From the NCBI GenBank assembly GCA_964199315.1, contig OZ116705.1, forward strand, positions 3,658,001 through 3,722,000: a DNA stretch of 64,000 nt, read 5' to 3'. The notes under the pieces are model-generated. The model saw only the letters and a program-made list of their open reading frames with translations. It made no database searches and was not told where the DNA came from. Within the stretch, counting starts at the first letter, position 1; each line of letters begins with the position of its first letter. Position numbers and translations under genes: made by a program. This document shows, piece after piece, positions 25,963-38,833 of this stretch. Source of the DNA: Orbicella franksi. Lineage: Eukaryota.

Positions 25963-26007
25963 TTCTTCGTCTTCTTCTTCTTCTTCTTCTTTTTTTTTTT
26001 TTTTTTT
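25928..26007. repeat. (TTC)n plus poly-T microsatellite
   Basis: Seen directly in the sequence. Confidence 0.9.
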
Positions 26008-28106
26008 AATGACTGAATTGTTGCATGAGCAACTACTGAAAATAAAACTGTGATAATCGTATTAATTCTTAATATTGGCAATCGGCTTTGAAGGGGTCTT
26101 TTCGGCGAAACGTCGCAGGAGTGACAAACGGACACGGTTTGAAGTGAAAAGGGCCACGCGTACTCAAGGATTTGATTGATTGTTTTGTGAGTCAGTCGCA
26201 CTTTTTAGCAATCAAATAAAGTCAATTGTTACTGATTATCATTCAGTGTGTGCCATTTTGACTCACTTAATAGTAGTACTTTAAATCCGCGAGGTCGAAA
26301 TCAAACTTTTCGCTAAAGGATGACAATCCTCTGTTTGCGACAACGACTGAGATTAAAGTTATTTCTACACTGGTGTTCGTTAACTGCCAGCCATGTGTGA
26401 CACTCAAAACAAGGGATTAGCAAAGCAAAGCACGAAACGCGAGGCTAAAGCAGAAAATCGAAGGTGTATTTAATTTTCGGTCTTGCGGGTTCATTTGTTG
26501 CAGTAAGGAGTTCGAGTAAACAAGACACGTACCAAGAAATAATAAACACACCAACCGCTTTCTTTATTACTTTACGGCTAAGTAACTACTTTTTTTACAG
26601 CGGTTATTCCCAAGTTAGTTGTATTAACACGGTATTAAGATATTAAGCAAGCCACCGAATGGCAACTTCAACGGCAACAGCAACGAGCAAAAGCCCTGAA
26701 AGTTGGTTACATTCTTAGTTGTTCTCTTCAAAATTTATTGGTGGTGCTGCTGATGCGAACCTGGTGAAATCATGCGTGCACCACATCTGTAAGGGGTTTA
26801 CTGACTTAACATATTCAGCTGAAAGCAGTTCTTAGTCAGCTAAGCAGACTAAACAGATCTCGGGAAATTGGGAAGATTGGTTCGCAGAACGACACTTACA
26901 AGTGATCGATGTCGTCTTTGTCGTTGCCATGGTAACCTTGAAACCCTTTTACTCCGGATTTGTTTCATTGACTTGTACAACGCGAAGTCAATTCCTTGAA
27001 ACAACGGCTTTTACTTTCATAATCGGTGATAAACAAAAAATTGTTGCATATGTGATGTAGGCTACTGTAGCTTTAAACTTTTGAAAAGGGAAACGTAAGA
27101 TATATTGATTTCACTATGGCCATTTAGCGGAAAGCTACTAATGACATACCTAATTGCTAAGTGTAAGTAGAAGCTTGGTAAAAACTGAATGGTATACGTA
27201 AATCAACAAATATAATTAATGCACATGGAAATCAAGCCGTCTGACGGTTTTAAGCTTAAGTGCTTCTTAAGATAATTTATCTGAAGCTATCGTAGCGATA
27301 TTATTAGTTAGTTATAACAAGTATTTCTTATTTTATTATTTATTATTTCCGGTAGGAATTAAAAAAAAAAAAAGAAAGAAAGAAACACTGTCTAGCCAAT
27401 ATTATTTGGAAGTTCCTATTCTTACAAGACAAAACTGACGGGATCAGACAGTAGTTGATTATCCCGAACTTAAAAATGATAATAAAACAACAACGAGGAC
27501 GACAAAAAGAAACAAAACAGACGGAAAAAACAAACAACGATACAAACAAGAGCTAAGAATTACGGTAAATCCCCGAAATATTGACATTAGCAATCTGTAA
27601 TTTTAGGATATTCTCACGGCACGGTTTTGTTTTCCGGGGGCAATTTTCAATTTAAAGTTTCGCCTACTTCGCTTATTTCCCTATCATGTTCTTTTAAAAA
27701 TGGATAAATCTCATTATTTTCCAAAAACAAAAAAAAGGAGTTAAAACATGAAAAACCTGTTAGAAAGTAGAAACTGTAGGAAATCCACTACTCCACCATC
27801 TCATTGGATAGTCTTTTACTGTTATCAAGCCATCTACAGAGTCAACGACTGAGGAATCGCCAATAATTGTGATATAAAACAAAAGTAAAGTCATCAATAT
27901 ATTAACGCAAATTATGTGTCTCTATCCTGTAAATCATAGAGTTGAAAATGTTTAATCAGCGATTCAAGTTGAGCCATCTCAGGTTAAGTGTGACGAAATT
28001 ATAATTTCATCACTCATAACGAAATCTAATTTTCTAATTTTTGAAAATTCCCATGAAAAAAAAGAAAGGAATATGAAAAGAAAGTTTCCGCTTCGTTCCA
28101 AGTCAC

Positions 28107-28750
28107 CTAGATGCTACAGACCACTCCTGCATCGTCCTTATGGTTGCAGTGGTTATTTCCCCATCCATCATGAGGACAGTTAAGTAGCGACGACTCTCCT
28201 CCCCCACAGTGGACATGATTCATCCAGATACGGCCAGAAGAAGTATGACCAAATACTGCGTCGTAAGTAGGGTAGCTTGCACCGGTAAAGCCCAACTGAC
28301 GACAAACCACGTCCGCCTCTTTCATATCCCAGCCGTTGTCACACACCGTTCCCCACTGTCCGTAGACGTACACTTCAACACGACCAAAGTGGAGACCTCC
28401 GTCCGCCAGACGAACGCCAGAAGATCCATAAGAGCACTCCACACTGGCATCTTGGCTGTGAGTGCAGTCTTCGCTGCCCCATCCACGGTGCCTGCATTCA
28501 TGCATATGGGCCTCACTCCCTGAGCATCCAACGTCATCCATCCAAATTGGATCAGCTCCTTGACCATGGTGGGCACCGCTGTATGCATGTCGAGCGCCGC
28601 GAGCGAAGCCAAGTTGCCTGCAGAAGACGTTAGCATCATTTATATCCCATGCGTCATCGCAGATTGTGCCCCACTTACCATCGTAAAAGATTTCAACTCT
28701 TCCCTCAGGTGACGGTATTGGTGAACTGTTGTTTAAACGGATAGATCCTC
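28107..28750 (-). CDS. Terminal exon with two group-A-type SRCR domains
   Basis: [33 protein letters not shown]...[10 protein letters not shown]...DASVEC, then [19 protein letters not shown]...DAGVVC, then stop. Confidence 0.95.
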
Positions 28751-31700
28751 CTGTAATGACTAATCATAAAAGACAAAAATAGACCGGATTTCCATTGAGT
28801 GTCGTTAAACCAAAACCACAGTACTCACTCTAGCCAGTCAGATATTATACCGAAATTTAGGTCAACCAATCAGAAATGGGAGCAAATGAACCCAGATGAC
28901 TCAAGGCACCGTAAAATACGAGCGAGTTCACTATTGGCTTTTGTTTAACCTCTGCCTGGGCTGACAAAAAAAGCGCGAATTAATTTTCAATCACTTGTAG
29001 AGGCCGGCAACCTAACTCTTTTTGAGAAAGCCCTAAAATTGTTTTTACATAATTATTTTATAATCCATTTTTTTAGATTTTTAGCAGTTAATTGTATTTG
29101 TAAATTATTTGCAATGGAGTCTTAGTATTAACTTTTAATATATATTTTATTTTAGGGAGTATTTTACATAGGGTCCGCCTCCTTAAACTCCCTTTGAGGG
29201 TGTCTTTTATATTTTATTCTTTTAACCCCTGAATAAAGTCTTGAATATGTTTATGTATGTATGTTAGCGTGGAGATGTAGGGCGAAAGGCAAATTTTAAC
29301 AACCTTATGAAAACCGGTCTAAGTAAATGATGTACACAAACAGTATCAAACAGAGTACAGCAATGCTCAAGTGATGAAAATAAACACACACGTAAGCTCA
29401 AATCTTAATTTTGTCTCGCGTACCAAATCGACAACAGCCTTTATTCTCTAAGACAATACGAAAGAGTTCTCAAATAAAATGTCCCAACGTTCAAACAGGA
29501 GTGTTTTTTCTTTTTTCTTTTTTTTTTTTTTTTTTTCTTTTTATGCGCGTACCCAATTATCGGTCATAATTATTGAAAAAATAGGCGCAGCACACTAGTC
29601 ATCATAAAAAGTGCTTAGTTGTTTTAGACATATATATTTTTCCATTAAATTGCAACGCATCCTACCTCGGTATTTTGCACGAAAGCCCTTGTATTGTTTA
29701 TTTTGGGCGGCATCGGTTGTAAACCTCACGTAAAGGTTCTTTGATGAGCTGATGACAGGAAGAGGTCGCTTGGATCCACTAAATTTTCCAATCTCCGGAG
29801 AGGAAAGTGATGTGCCATCATATACAGTTAGGTAATCGTCATATAACTCGGTGTCAAAACGATCGAATGTAAGTTCCACCCATGCATTTGAAGTTATTTT
29901 CCACTGACAATCCATACTGTTTTCGTACCACTGTCCACGCTTATTTGACTGTATAATGCCATCTATTGTAGTTAACTCAACCGTCTTATTTGGACAGGTG
30001 CTGGTAGAGTTCACCACGGGTGCTGTTAAATTAATGACAAATAAGAACAATTTACTTCAAACAGTTACTATTATCAAAATCCGTTGTTTATAGTTTCACA
30101 AACACATACAATCGCTTGTACGGCATGCACAAAGATTAAAAGTAAAACACAATCTATGATATTCATATAAAAAAAAAGGCTTAGAACAGTTCAGATAGCA
30201 TTTTTGCATTGTCTAGACCTATAAACTCGTCATTTAACTTCAAGGTTAAACACATTTTCTCTTAAATCGTCCACATGGTGAGAAAATTACAAGAGTTCCC
30301 GGCTTGGTCTAATCAGCGAGTTTCCAATTACACAACGATTAGAATTGGCCAAAACATTTTCCTTTTTTTGTTTGGACATACATTTACTTTAATCTACAAT
30401 TTTATAATCCCCCTCAATTTGCTTGTTTGTTTGTTGATGATGATGATGATAACGATGATTTCACCAATGTAATACAACTGCTTTGGGCACTCACCGCCAC
30501 AATATTGTTTGCCGTCGCCTCCGTAGCTTGCGTTACATCTGCAATCGTAGTAGCCAGGAATATTCACACACTGGGCTAATTTGTGGCACGAATAAAGACC
30601 CAACTTACACTCGTCTATATCTGTTTCGATAGAGAAATTTTAAAAAAAAGTTCTTCATTGTGCTAAAATAATACGTTTGCTACAAATTATAATGAAAATG
30701 AATGATTCTATTTATTAGGAATTCCAACGACTTCCATATATATGATGTCAATTCATAACTGAAATAAATAAAATAAATAGGATTTTGCAATGGCACATCC
30801 CACGGAGAAGCTCTTCGTCAAATGTTTTCAGATCGAATTGGATTTTAGAAGCGTGGTTTTCCCGCTAAGAGAAGACAATGTAAAAAAAAAAAACAACAAG
30901 TGTCAGTTTCATCATGGTTTTGCAGCATTTCTGTTTCTAAGAAAACTGTTATATTGTTCATAATTATTTCAGCCACCAGTCAAATCCTAGTTGGGATAAG
31001 AAGATCAGTTGTGATAGTGGTTGCTAGTTAATTTGTTAAATTTGGCTTGACGCTATTTATCACACAATTTCCCAGCTTGTTAAGTGATTTCTACACTACT
31101 TAACTGTCCAAAACAAGTATTTTCTTATGTTAAAGGAAAGCTGTACGAACCCGAACAATTGCCAGCTGCATTCTGCAGATATCCACTATCACACAGACAA
31201 GTGTAAGAACCATCATTGTTCACACAAGATGAACCTTGTGGACAGTTGTAGCCGAAGAGTTTGCATTCATCGTAATCTGTAATGAAAAGAAAAATACTAA
31301 TACGTATTTCCTTTTATATGGTGGAGATGAAAAAGGGGTTATTTTTAGTGTTAAAAATCATCACTATTGTAAACAAACGCGCAATGTTGAAACAGGCATT
31401 TATGATGAGAAGTTGTTCAGTCTGGGCTTTCGTGCGATAATCCGGTTAAATGGGTACACAGCAGTAATCATTGCTTCCAACCTATTATCTCATCTGATGG
31501 ACTCGATTAAAAACGTTAACTCACTAATCAATCCTCGATTTTGAAGCAAACCGTTTCCTCCTTAAGGACGCTTCAAGATGCCGATGGCTCATCATACGTT
31601 GCTGCAGCATCACCACACACCTTCTGAGAAAACAATGAAGACAATTGCAAGAAAACAAGAAAGGTATTTTTAAACTTACCTTTCTTACAAGTAAATCTGT

Positions 31701-34700
31701 GGCAGTCCGTGCAATTGACATCATTCCATTCATAGTCATGACCTTTAAGAAAACCCAGAGTATGCACGCAATCCTGATTGGCAAAGTTGTTTGGTTGATA
31801 TTTTGCCCAGTGATGGAAGTCAGTATTTGTTCCGTCGGTCCACACAAACTTTCCTTCTGTGTTGATATCAGACAGGCCCAACCAAGACTTTTCTCCGCCG
31901 TGTAAACTTTGAACAAACACATTTTCTTCTTGACTGTGGATACTAGGAAGATTAGCTCCTTGAATAGCGCATGTTCCCTGACTGAGGCTCCATGAACTGC
32001 AGGGAGCAACTTTTCTGTAGCAGTATCCTCTAAAGTAAAACCAGTCTTTTTCGCAAATGTCTGTTATAGAACAAAATGCATGATAAATTTAGCTCATACA
32101 TTGATATATTCATCATTTATCAATGAACTCCACCAATACCACATGCTCATGTTCGTTTGTTTCGCTGTACATTTATTCAGTCCAGCATTGAGTTATTGAG
32201 TCGCTATATATTTCGAATTTTGAAAATCCGGATTTGCTTGCTTTTTTTCAATTGTTGTTTTCAAAACAACAATCTATGTAAAACTAACATTTTTGCATAC
32301 CACCTCAAATACGTCAATTTAAGCACCTGCAGGTGCAAATTATTCTCACAGAACTTTAAACTGCAGGAAATAGATGGGCGCTTACCTGATACCACTGCAT
32401 ATGACACTGTGATGGGATCGAAGCGTTTAACAAAGAGTTCTTTGGCACAAATGCGAAATCCAGATTTGGTGATAAACTTGAAGAAAGAGGAAACAAACAA
32501 GAAGAATTCTGATACACGAGCTGTTATAAATGATTGCCCGTTAGTTATGTAATGCCCTTATCTAAGCAAACTGACAAAATGGAGGGGCATGTTTCATCCA
32601 AGCCGCTGTCTGCCGGTGGTGTTTTTATTAGTTATTTAAGTCAGATTATTGCCCAGACACAGGACCTTGGAGAAATATTAAACTTGTTATTGTACTTATC
32701 AATAATCTTGGAAATGTCCAATTTATTTTTTTTTTCCCTTAGGCATATTCAGTTCTTTTTTGTACCTCAATCCAGCTTACGATTCCGTTACACTCTGCGG
32801 CTGAGTTTCCACCACTGGTAGAATGTTTGGCTGTCACCAGCACTGTCGGGGGCTTGGGGTATGTCCAAGCAAACTTTAAATCCTGTTTATCATTTCAAAA
32901 AGAGCAAAGAAAGTTAATTAATCCTTAATGAAAGCCACTCGCGCCTACCTCCCCAACTCCAAGTTTAACCAATATATAATGCTTACCTTGCAAAAGGCGT
33001 AGTTGTACCTCTCTAAAGGTGGAACGTCGTTTGGAAAGTCGACCTCTTGGTGTTCTTTAAACAATGGCCGATGAAGGTTTTCGAAGGCCAACCAGTTCTG
33101 CAACAATGCAAGTACAAATTAATGGAAAAGCGTTACCACGTGTGGAAGTAAATATTAAATGATGCTTATACAGTACTGTTTCTTGGTAGTGTTAGTGCTC
33201 AATGATTGATTGACTGACTGACTGACCGACCGACCGACCGAATGAATGAATGAACGAACGAACGAACAAACGAACGTACGAATGAATGAATGAATGAATG
33301 AAAGAATGAATGAATGAATGAATGAATGAATGACCGACTGACTGACTGACTGACTGCTGACTGACTGACTGACTGAATGACTGACTGACTGACTGACTGA
33401 CTGACTGAATGAATGAATGAATGAATGAATGAATGAATGAATGAATGAATGATAAGACCAGACCAGACTAAGTTAAAGTATTGCATTACATGACAATGAA
33501 TTATGCCAAATTTAACAATACATACCACTGAGATATCGTCATGAACTCCAGCAAAGTTTTGTAGTTCCCGGAGACAGATCTTAAAGGAACTCGCTGACAC
33601 GTCTTCGAGCCACACACTGGTAGCATCGTGCATTAGACTTGACCTGTAGTGTTCAGCTGTTACTAATACCGTCGGTGACCTGGAAAACTTTCCCTAAGAA
33701 AAAGAAAAGAAAACAAAGTAGGTTGACTAGTCTTAGAACATTGGCTTCTTGGACTGGGAAATCACTTAAGAGTTGGAAATGCTGGGTTTGAATGTTTTCA
33801 ATATGTTTCAGAAAGCTAACAACCAAAACAGGCCAGTTACCTTAGAAAAGGCGACCGTTTGACAGCTAGTTCCAGTCCACCATCTAGAGAACATTTCTTC
33901 CCCTGCTATTCCTCCAGGGGGCGCACCTTGGTAGGCGACCCAGTCAATTGTGGCAAAGCTATCTGAGGGGTAGTCATTCCTGCCAGCTCGAGTAACACAG
34001 GCTGTAAACTGAGTGCTGTTAACACTTTCAACCCAAGGTGTGGCGGCCTCGTGCACCACGCTCGCATCAGAGTAATTAAAATGGTTCACAGAGAGCTGCA
34101 CGTATATCTTCTTCAGAGGATAAAATATAAAAGGATCAAATTTAATAACTTCGCACTGATCTTCTGCCCAAGAGGGAGTGTTTTTGAAATTGTGTCTTCC
34201 TCTCTGAACTGGAAAACCTACGAGAGAACAGAACGGAATAGCAAAAAAATACGACATGTGCTTCCACGTGTACATTCAATTTATAATTCGAGTCTCCCTG
34301 TTAACCATGCAGTCAGTTCTTCTGCCTATCCATTCTTCCCACTGTAGACTGCACTTAATTTGTGTAAACAATAGTTCAAGTAAACAATAAAGTTTCACAC
34401 CTCTTATACTAAACTTATACTTATACCATTCCATGAACTAAACAAGCTTCCAAAACAAAAAGCAAAAAGAAAAGAAACTAAATACTTCCCATTACCTGTG
34501 CAGCTTCCAGGATGGTACTTGGTGTAATTTGCACGTCGTTTACATATGTCTTTTTGCAGCAAACACAGGTTGTCAAAAGTGAGACCGTTAGAGCCGCATA
34601 CTTGCTCTTCGTATGACGGGCAATTTTCTTCACAAATGCATTTATGCTCGGTAGGAGTGTAGGCTTTGCAGAAACTGTGGTATGTGCAGATAATATCCCT

Positions 34701-37556
34701 ACATGGATCAAGGTCTGAAAGTACAGAAGAAATAAAATAATTAGCTTAAGGGATTACGGTTCTTTCATAGACTAGGAAAGGATTGACTACATGAATGAGT
34801 ACATATGTGAATGGATGCACAGTTTGTTTTTCTTGTTGTTGTTGTTGTTGGTGCCTTAAAAAACCTTTATAGCTATATATTAGCAGGATCAAAACAGAAC
34901 AGAACTGTGTTTTTGTTCCTTTCGCCAGGTGGGAAATGTTAAACTGATCAATGTTGACTTGTAGAAACACCCAATATATTGATGTAAGAAAATGCTGAAT
35001 AGATTAACGGAGGGATGGACAAAAGTAGTGTTAGGTATTCTGACGTAAGTGGAGAGATTACACGTTGTGGTACTGTGGCAACAGTGCTCTGTATTATTTT
35101 AATTTTCTACACATCAACATACGTTGGTATGGGGTGAGGGTGGTTCGGATAACAATACTGGGTAAGGGTGGTTCAGATAATAACACGGGTTGAGGGTGGT
35201 TCAGAGAATAACACTTTTACCACCAAGAAGGAAGATGCACGTTTCCATAGTTACCTCCGATAACTAGAAAGTTGACGATTACATCTGTTCTCTGGCCATT
35301 GTATCCCGCGCTGTCTTTGATGCAAACTCGGCTGTGGGTTTTGTTCACTACCTGCGAGAGAACAAAAAAATTTTAAGACATACAGTAGATACGCCATAAT
35401 GATCTTTGAACAAATATCAATATGCGAGGGGGAAAATAAGATTTCAAAGTCCATCAATATTTATGAACAAACCATGCAACCATCGACAATGTTGTGTAAA
35501 AATTGAAATTATTAATGAGGTGTTAATCTAGTTGTCCGTGAAATGTGTTAAAATTGTTTTCTACTGTTTCTGTTAAGTGTATGAAGAAACTGTACCTCCA
35601 GCCAATTTGCCAAAGGACCCTTGTGAGAGCAAGCTATGTTGGCATTGTTACTGTTTCCATTGAGGACTGTTGCAAGTACCACGGGCGGCTTAAAAAATGG
35701 CTCTTTAAACTTGATAGTCTACAAAAGAAGTTGAAATTTAACATCAAGATACGCTCTGATTCTGCCTGATATATACCCCGATGCTTCAGAATGTTAAAGA
35801 TTTATGGCCATGTAAATACGGCTTGCTGTTGTATTCATTATTAAAAGCATATGGAAATGAAATGGACAACTCACTACAAACATAAAGCGATTGTGCTCCG
35901 CCATTCGCGACAGAAACTGGTGCCATAAATTCACGTTTAGGTTTCTGAAACATTGAAGATCTTTCCAGTAGTGAAGCCTGTATATATTGTGTTTACTTGG
36001 AACTATAATTTTATCTCCCTCGTAAACGATAATCAGTAGTTATCATTATCTGTAATGTGATCAACTTGTAATAATCATACAATGCCCTTGATTGTCGCCT
36101 TTTTATAGCTTTGTTGTCTCACTCTGATGTTCAACATGAACTCCAAAGTTATTGATATTAAACAAAATATACTTACCATGCACAAAGCATAATTATTTTC
36201 TGCAGCTGGTACCTCACTCTTGAGAAATACTAGCTTATGTGACTCTTTAGCTTCCCACGAGGATGAATAATTCTCGTACGCCAACCAGTTCTGAAGGATT
36301 AAATAAAATAAAGACCTCAATAACTTTAAAATCATTTCTCGTATATGATTAGATGAAAAATCAAATCAAATGGGTCTTAACGGGCAAGTGTCTATTCAAT
36401 AAGTGAGAGCAAAGGTAGATATCTAAGGCTGGGTACTTTAGATGTCTGTAATCACCCTTTCCTTTGTTTAAACATTAGTAATGAAATCATTTTCATGAAT
36501 TCATCACTTACCACTACAATTTTGTTGTGCCCGCCATCTAATGCCCTTGATTCTCGCAAGCAAACCTCGAACTGGTTGATGGTAACATTTTCCATCCAAA
36601 CATGCATGGCATCCTGCTTTTGCTTTTTGGTTCCATGTTGGACAGTGACCTGAACTGTAGGAATCGTCGAAAAGGCCTAATGGTGAAACGAAAAAGTATG
36701 CTTCTAAATACAATATGAAAACCAATTAGCACTTCCTCTCCTGGAAACAGCTTCATGATCACTGAACAAAGTATAAGTAGTAATCCTGCAGGGAATGGAA
36801 ATGAATTGCCAGAAATATTTAGCCGAACTGTTATTGGCAAAATTCACAATTGCACCTGTAACAAGGAACCTGTTAGGAAATTGCTCCCACTGTCCTAGTT
36901 TGGGATATTCGTGTTAAGCATGTCTTCGATGCCAGAGAAAACTTGACAATACGATGTAAAAAAATGATGACTGGTTCCAATATCACAAATGCGTCGAAGT
37001 CCAATAAAAACAAGAGAGCTAAGGTATTCTATTTTGCCCAAACCGATGCGGCCTTTAAAACTTTGGTAACCCGTTAATTTTAGTTTGGATACATGCAGCC
37101 AGGCGAAAACAACTCTTTGTTTTTTTTTTTACTTTTCCTGTGCATTAATAAATTACGAAGCAGCCAAGTTTTTTTTTTTTTCTTTTCTTTTCTTTTTTAA
37201 TCTTACCTTGGGAAATTTCACTTTTTTGCATTGCGTTCCAGTGGTAAATAAGCTAAAACTAGCCGATCCATCGTAAACTCCTGATTGGGAACCTTGGAAA
37301 GCAAACCAATCGATGCTGGTGTTACCTCCGTTACCTTGGCCACCGAGCACCAGACAGGCCTTGAATCCGCTTGTTGTCACGTCTTCCACCCAAATAAAAG
37401 ACGTATCGTGGACTTTCGACGGAATTTCTCCGTGATTGGCTGAGATGTACACTCGCACAGGTGATCCTTTGGTGAAACTCTTGCTGAAAGACACATCTTC
37501 GCAATAGAGGCCACTGTTTCCCTTCTGTGGAATATGAACTTTACCCCACTGGGCAC
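28107..37556 (-). CDS. Paralog B: mosaic, probably secreted protein with 3x H-lectin-like, follistatin/Kazal, 3x H-lectin-like, CTL, EGF_CA, CUB, SRCR, SRCR (about 1162 aa with the candidate first exon)
   Basis: Exons 37556-37207, 36676-36512, 36290-36177, 35718-35596, 35351-35255, 34714-34496, 34217-33841, 33693-33526, 33097-32987, 32882-32766, 32476-32386, 32060-31680, 30620-30495, 30022-29666, 28750-28107. All are GT-AG, phases chain without a break, there are no internal stops, and TAG ends at 28107. Confidence 0.92.
28790..28990. mobile_element. Intronic interspersed repeat
   Basis: TTTCCATTGAGTGTCGTTAAACCAAAACC...CCAATCAG...ATTGGCTTTTG resembles an abundant coral repeat (from recall). 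Confidence 0.45.
29666..30022 (-). CDS. CUB domain exon (phase 1-1)
   Basis: [17 protein letters not shown]...[11 protein letters not shown]...[18 protein letters not shown]...LYVRFTTD...GFRAKY. Confidence 0.93.
30495..30620 (-). CDS. Calcium-binding EGF exon (phase 1-1)
   Basis: [41 protein letters not shown], with six Cys and the DIDEC consensus. Confidence 0.93.
31680..32060 (-). CDS. C-type lectin domain exon (phase 1-1)
   Basis: [13 protein letters not shown]...WLGLSD...WTDG...QPNN..DCV...WNDVNC...FTC. Confidence 0.93.
32386..34217 (-). CDS. Second five-exon cassette: three H-type-lectin-like domains
   Basis: Repeated pattern C-x-x-V-x-F...F-x2-3-P-x-V-x-V...W-[VL]-E-x-V-[ST]-x3-F-x-x-C...W-x-A, recognised by eye as H_lectin-like. 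Confidence 0.75.
33203..33452. repeat. Compound tetranucleotide microsatellite (ATTG/ACTG/ACCG/AATG/AACG)
   Basis: Seen directly; intronic. Confidence 0.95.
34496..34714 (-). CDS. Follistatin-N plus Kazal module exon (phase 1-1)
   Basis: [14 protein letters not shown]...[33 protein letters not shown]...HPGSC, with ten Cys. Confidence 0.92.
35255..37556 (-). CDS. First five-exon cassette: three H-type-lectin-like domains
   Basis: Same motif pattern and same exon phases (1-0, 0-0, 0-0, 0-0, 0-1) as 32386-34217. Confidence 0.75.
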
Positions 37557-38784
37557 CTGAGAAAACAGTTTAAATAAACCGGGTTTAATCACTCAAACCA
37601 ATGAGAAATCATTTATGATGAAATTAGACTGATCTTCATTGTGGAGATTAAAAGTTCAAACTTCAAAATGCGTTTGATTCGCAGAAAAGTTGCGCTACTT
37701 CGGGAGTGTCAAAATATTTCCATAAACTGCTCAAAAATAATTCTGATCCGAATGGTCAACATCCGAAGTAGTCCAAGATTCAAAACAGCAAGTAAAATAA
37801 AATAAAAACTTAGATCAGCTGAATTTCACTCGTAACAAAAAAAACATGATATCAAAGTCACAGCTTAAAATTCTTTTGATTGAGGAAGAGGTTTGATTTA
37901 AGGGAAGCGTTAGCGGGTTTTATTCCTCTATTATAGCTAAAGCCATGCAATCCACTCGAAAGCGTGTCGCACAGTATAACGTGGTCATGCACCAAGTGCT
38001 CCAGGATGTACAATAGCTGCCAGGTGATCAAAGAAATGCGACTGATGTCACTTTAGTGCGAGGACGTGCATCAACTCATGATCAGTCTCATGCTTATTTT
38101 CCTTTTGTGCTGACAAGTGATTTAAATCTGGCATGTTACACAGTGCGACAGGGTAGATGACCTCAGATCAAAGTCATTCCGTGTCTCACGAAAATCGAAA
38201 TGATCCCCAGCGTGCTAAGTAAATTTACTTGTGAACTGGTTATTAAGATGGTTTAGGATCACCCGAACCATGCTTGTTTTTTTACGGAGTGTCGTCATGT
38301 GTTGTGAGTTGACGTCTTCAGCTTCAAATTCAAAAGATATTCAGTCAAGGAGGTTCCCCTCTCTTGGCAAAATTTGTGACTTATCGTTCTAGTATCCTTT
38401 TAGCAACAAATGACTTCATTTACCAAATGACTTACTTCTAAGGAAAGATGCGGAGAATAATGAAAACTTGTTTGCAATCGAGTGGCTTGGAAAATTGTTC
38501 CTCTTGACTTAAACTAAATCATGATCCTGAGAACGCATAAGCTCAATCGGTGTAAAACTCACCTTTATCTGGCAAAGCTTCCCTTTTTAGCGCTTTTCTT
38601 TATGGTTTATCAAGCTCCTCCTTCACTCACCAAACAAATCGCATCTCAATGTGTCGAGAGCAAAAATAGAGACTTTCTGGTTTTAAAAACAAAGAGGTGC
38701 CTTGTTTTCCCCAATTTCCATTCAAAATAAAAAGGACTCGAGGTTTGATTACTAAATCAAATATTCGCTTCTCGTTGGACTCAC

Positions 38785-38833
38785 CGTTAACTTCAGCGAC
38801 TCGAAGGTACTTGAGGTTACTTAGCCATAACAT
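38785..38833 (-). CDS. Candidate first coding exon of paralog B (MLWLSNLKYLRVAEVNG)
   Basis: Consensus phase-1 donor G|GTGAGT fitting the phase-1 acceptor at 37556; conserved in paralog A. The true start may lie further upstream. Confidence 0.45.

Noticed and set aside
26085-26115. CTTTGAAGGGG...CGAAACGTCG as a second hammerhead
   Set aside because: Lacks the CUGANGA core and a stem II; no associated Penelope ORF.
25812-26201. Poly-Lys ORF
   Set aside because: Translation of a (TTC)n/poly-T microsatellite.
33199-33633. 144 aa ORF with HSFI/QSVS repeats
   Set aside because: A real exon (33693-33526) read through its donor into an intronic microsatellite.
34051-34347. Duplicated plus-strand ORFs (also 454-750)
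   Set aside because: Antisense shadows of the real minus-strand exon; their similarity follows from the duplication.
36504-36725. Cys-rich ORFs (GHCPTW...CHACLDGKC) here and at 2970-3170 resembling small toxins
   Set aside because: They are off-frame readings of the 165-bp lectin-like exon; splice phases dictate the AFSTIPTV frame.
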